Shown here: positions 24,121 through 24,483 of the stretch, in pieces
Numbering within the stretch: position 1 is the stretch's first letter
Layout: each line of letters starts with the position of its first letter
Source: a virus
Taxonomy: Duplodnaviria; Caudoviricetes
Reading direction: 5' to 3' (one strand)
IMG/VR virus record: IMGVR_UViG_3300032332_002443
Span: 1-24,483 of that record
Length of the DNA stretch: 24,483 nt
The notes under the pieces: generated by a model
The model's database searches: none
Told to the model about the DNA's origin: nothing
Seen by the model: the letters and a program-made list of their open reading frames with translations, nothing else
Position numbers and translations under genes: made by a program

Positions 24121-24483
24121 TTAGGCTAGCTCCTCTACCCCATGACGACTGCCACTGGCCATAGACTCATAAACGTTCTTCTCAGACACATATGACTCCA
24201 AGAGATGCTCTACCAATTCACGTAACGTACCACCCTCATGTTGCATCTCGGCTGCAGCAGCCAATGCACGGTCGATAGCAATGAATCGCTTATCGGACTT
24301 CTTTACAACCACTCGCTCTGAGCCAATGCGGTATGCATGAAAGGGATTCTTATCATCCTTACAATATTTACTCTTATACTTCTTCACCATGTTAGCAGCC
24401 TTCTCATCTAGAGAGGTACGAGCATAGCCTTTGTTCTTAACCTTCTCTACCTTGAGACCAAATGACTCAGCCTTAGTCTTGAA
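24121..24483 (-). CDS. C-terminal part of a gene running off the window; possibly SprT-like
   Basis: The frame stays open to the window end: FKTKAESFGLKVEKVKNKGYART precedes the track's Met. This resembles the segment after the third His ligand of SprT-like domains; HExxH is not in the window. Confidence 0.5.
   Translation of the reverse strand, partial: FKTKAESFGLKVEKVKNKGYARTSLDEKAANMVKKYKSKYCKDDKNPFHAYRIGSERVVVKKSDKRFIAIDRALAAAAEMQHEGGTLRELVEHLLESYVSEKNVYESMASGSRHGVEELA

Noticed and set aside
1-24483. Stop-codon reassignment as in some large phages
   Set aside because: TAA, TGA and TAG all end conserved genes at the expected positions (e.g. nrdA TAG, nrdB and guaC TGA), and coding density is high in the standard code.

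Overview
AT-rich segment of a large T4-like (myovirus/jumbo-type) dsDNA phage genome, read in the standard genetic code. The left end (1-3643, minus strand) is one tightly coupled operon that looks like a 7-deazaguanine DNA hypermodification system. In transcription order it encodes a TGT-fold DpdA-like protein, a PurN-like formyltransferase (DpdN-like), GMP reductase, DUF1599/Nmad1, a small coiled-coil ORF, a P-loop kinase and QueF. QueF is truncated by the window edge and absent from the supplied ORF track. The predicted base is formyl-preQ1 (fdPreQ1), and the extra nucleotide-pool enzymes point to a pre-replicative route. The rest of the window holds a gp5-like baseplate spike, nrdA/nrdB split by a SAM methyltransferase, an S74-chaperone tail fibre, a GH24 lysozyme, a 3D-domain protein, a purine PRTase, an Hc1-like protein, six modular 'MAD(T/V)TI' tail-fibre paralogues and a tRNA with a CAT anticodon (Ile2-like). 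Two promoter classes (sigma70-like TTG-16/17-TAnAnT and T4-late-like TAAATA) mostly sit 5-7 nt from start codons, which implies largely leaderless mRNAs. Several small genes resemble Verrucomicrobia proteins. All family calls come from motif recognition, not database searches.
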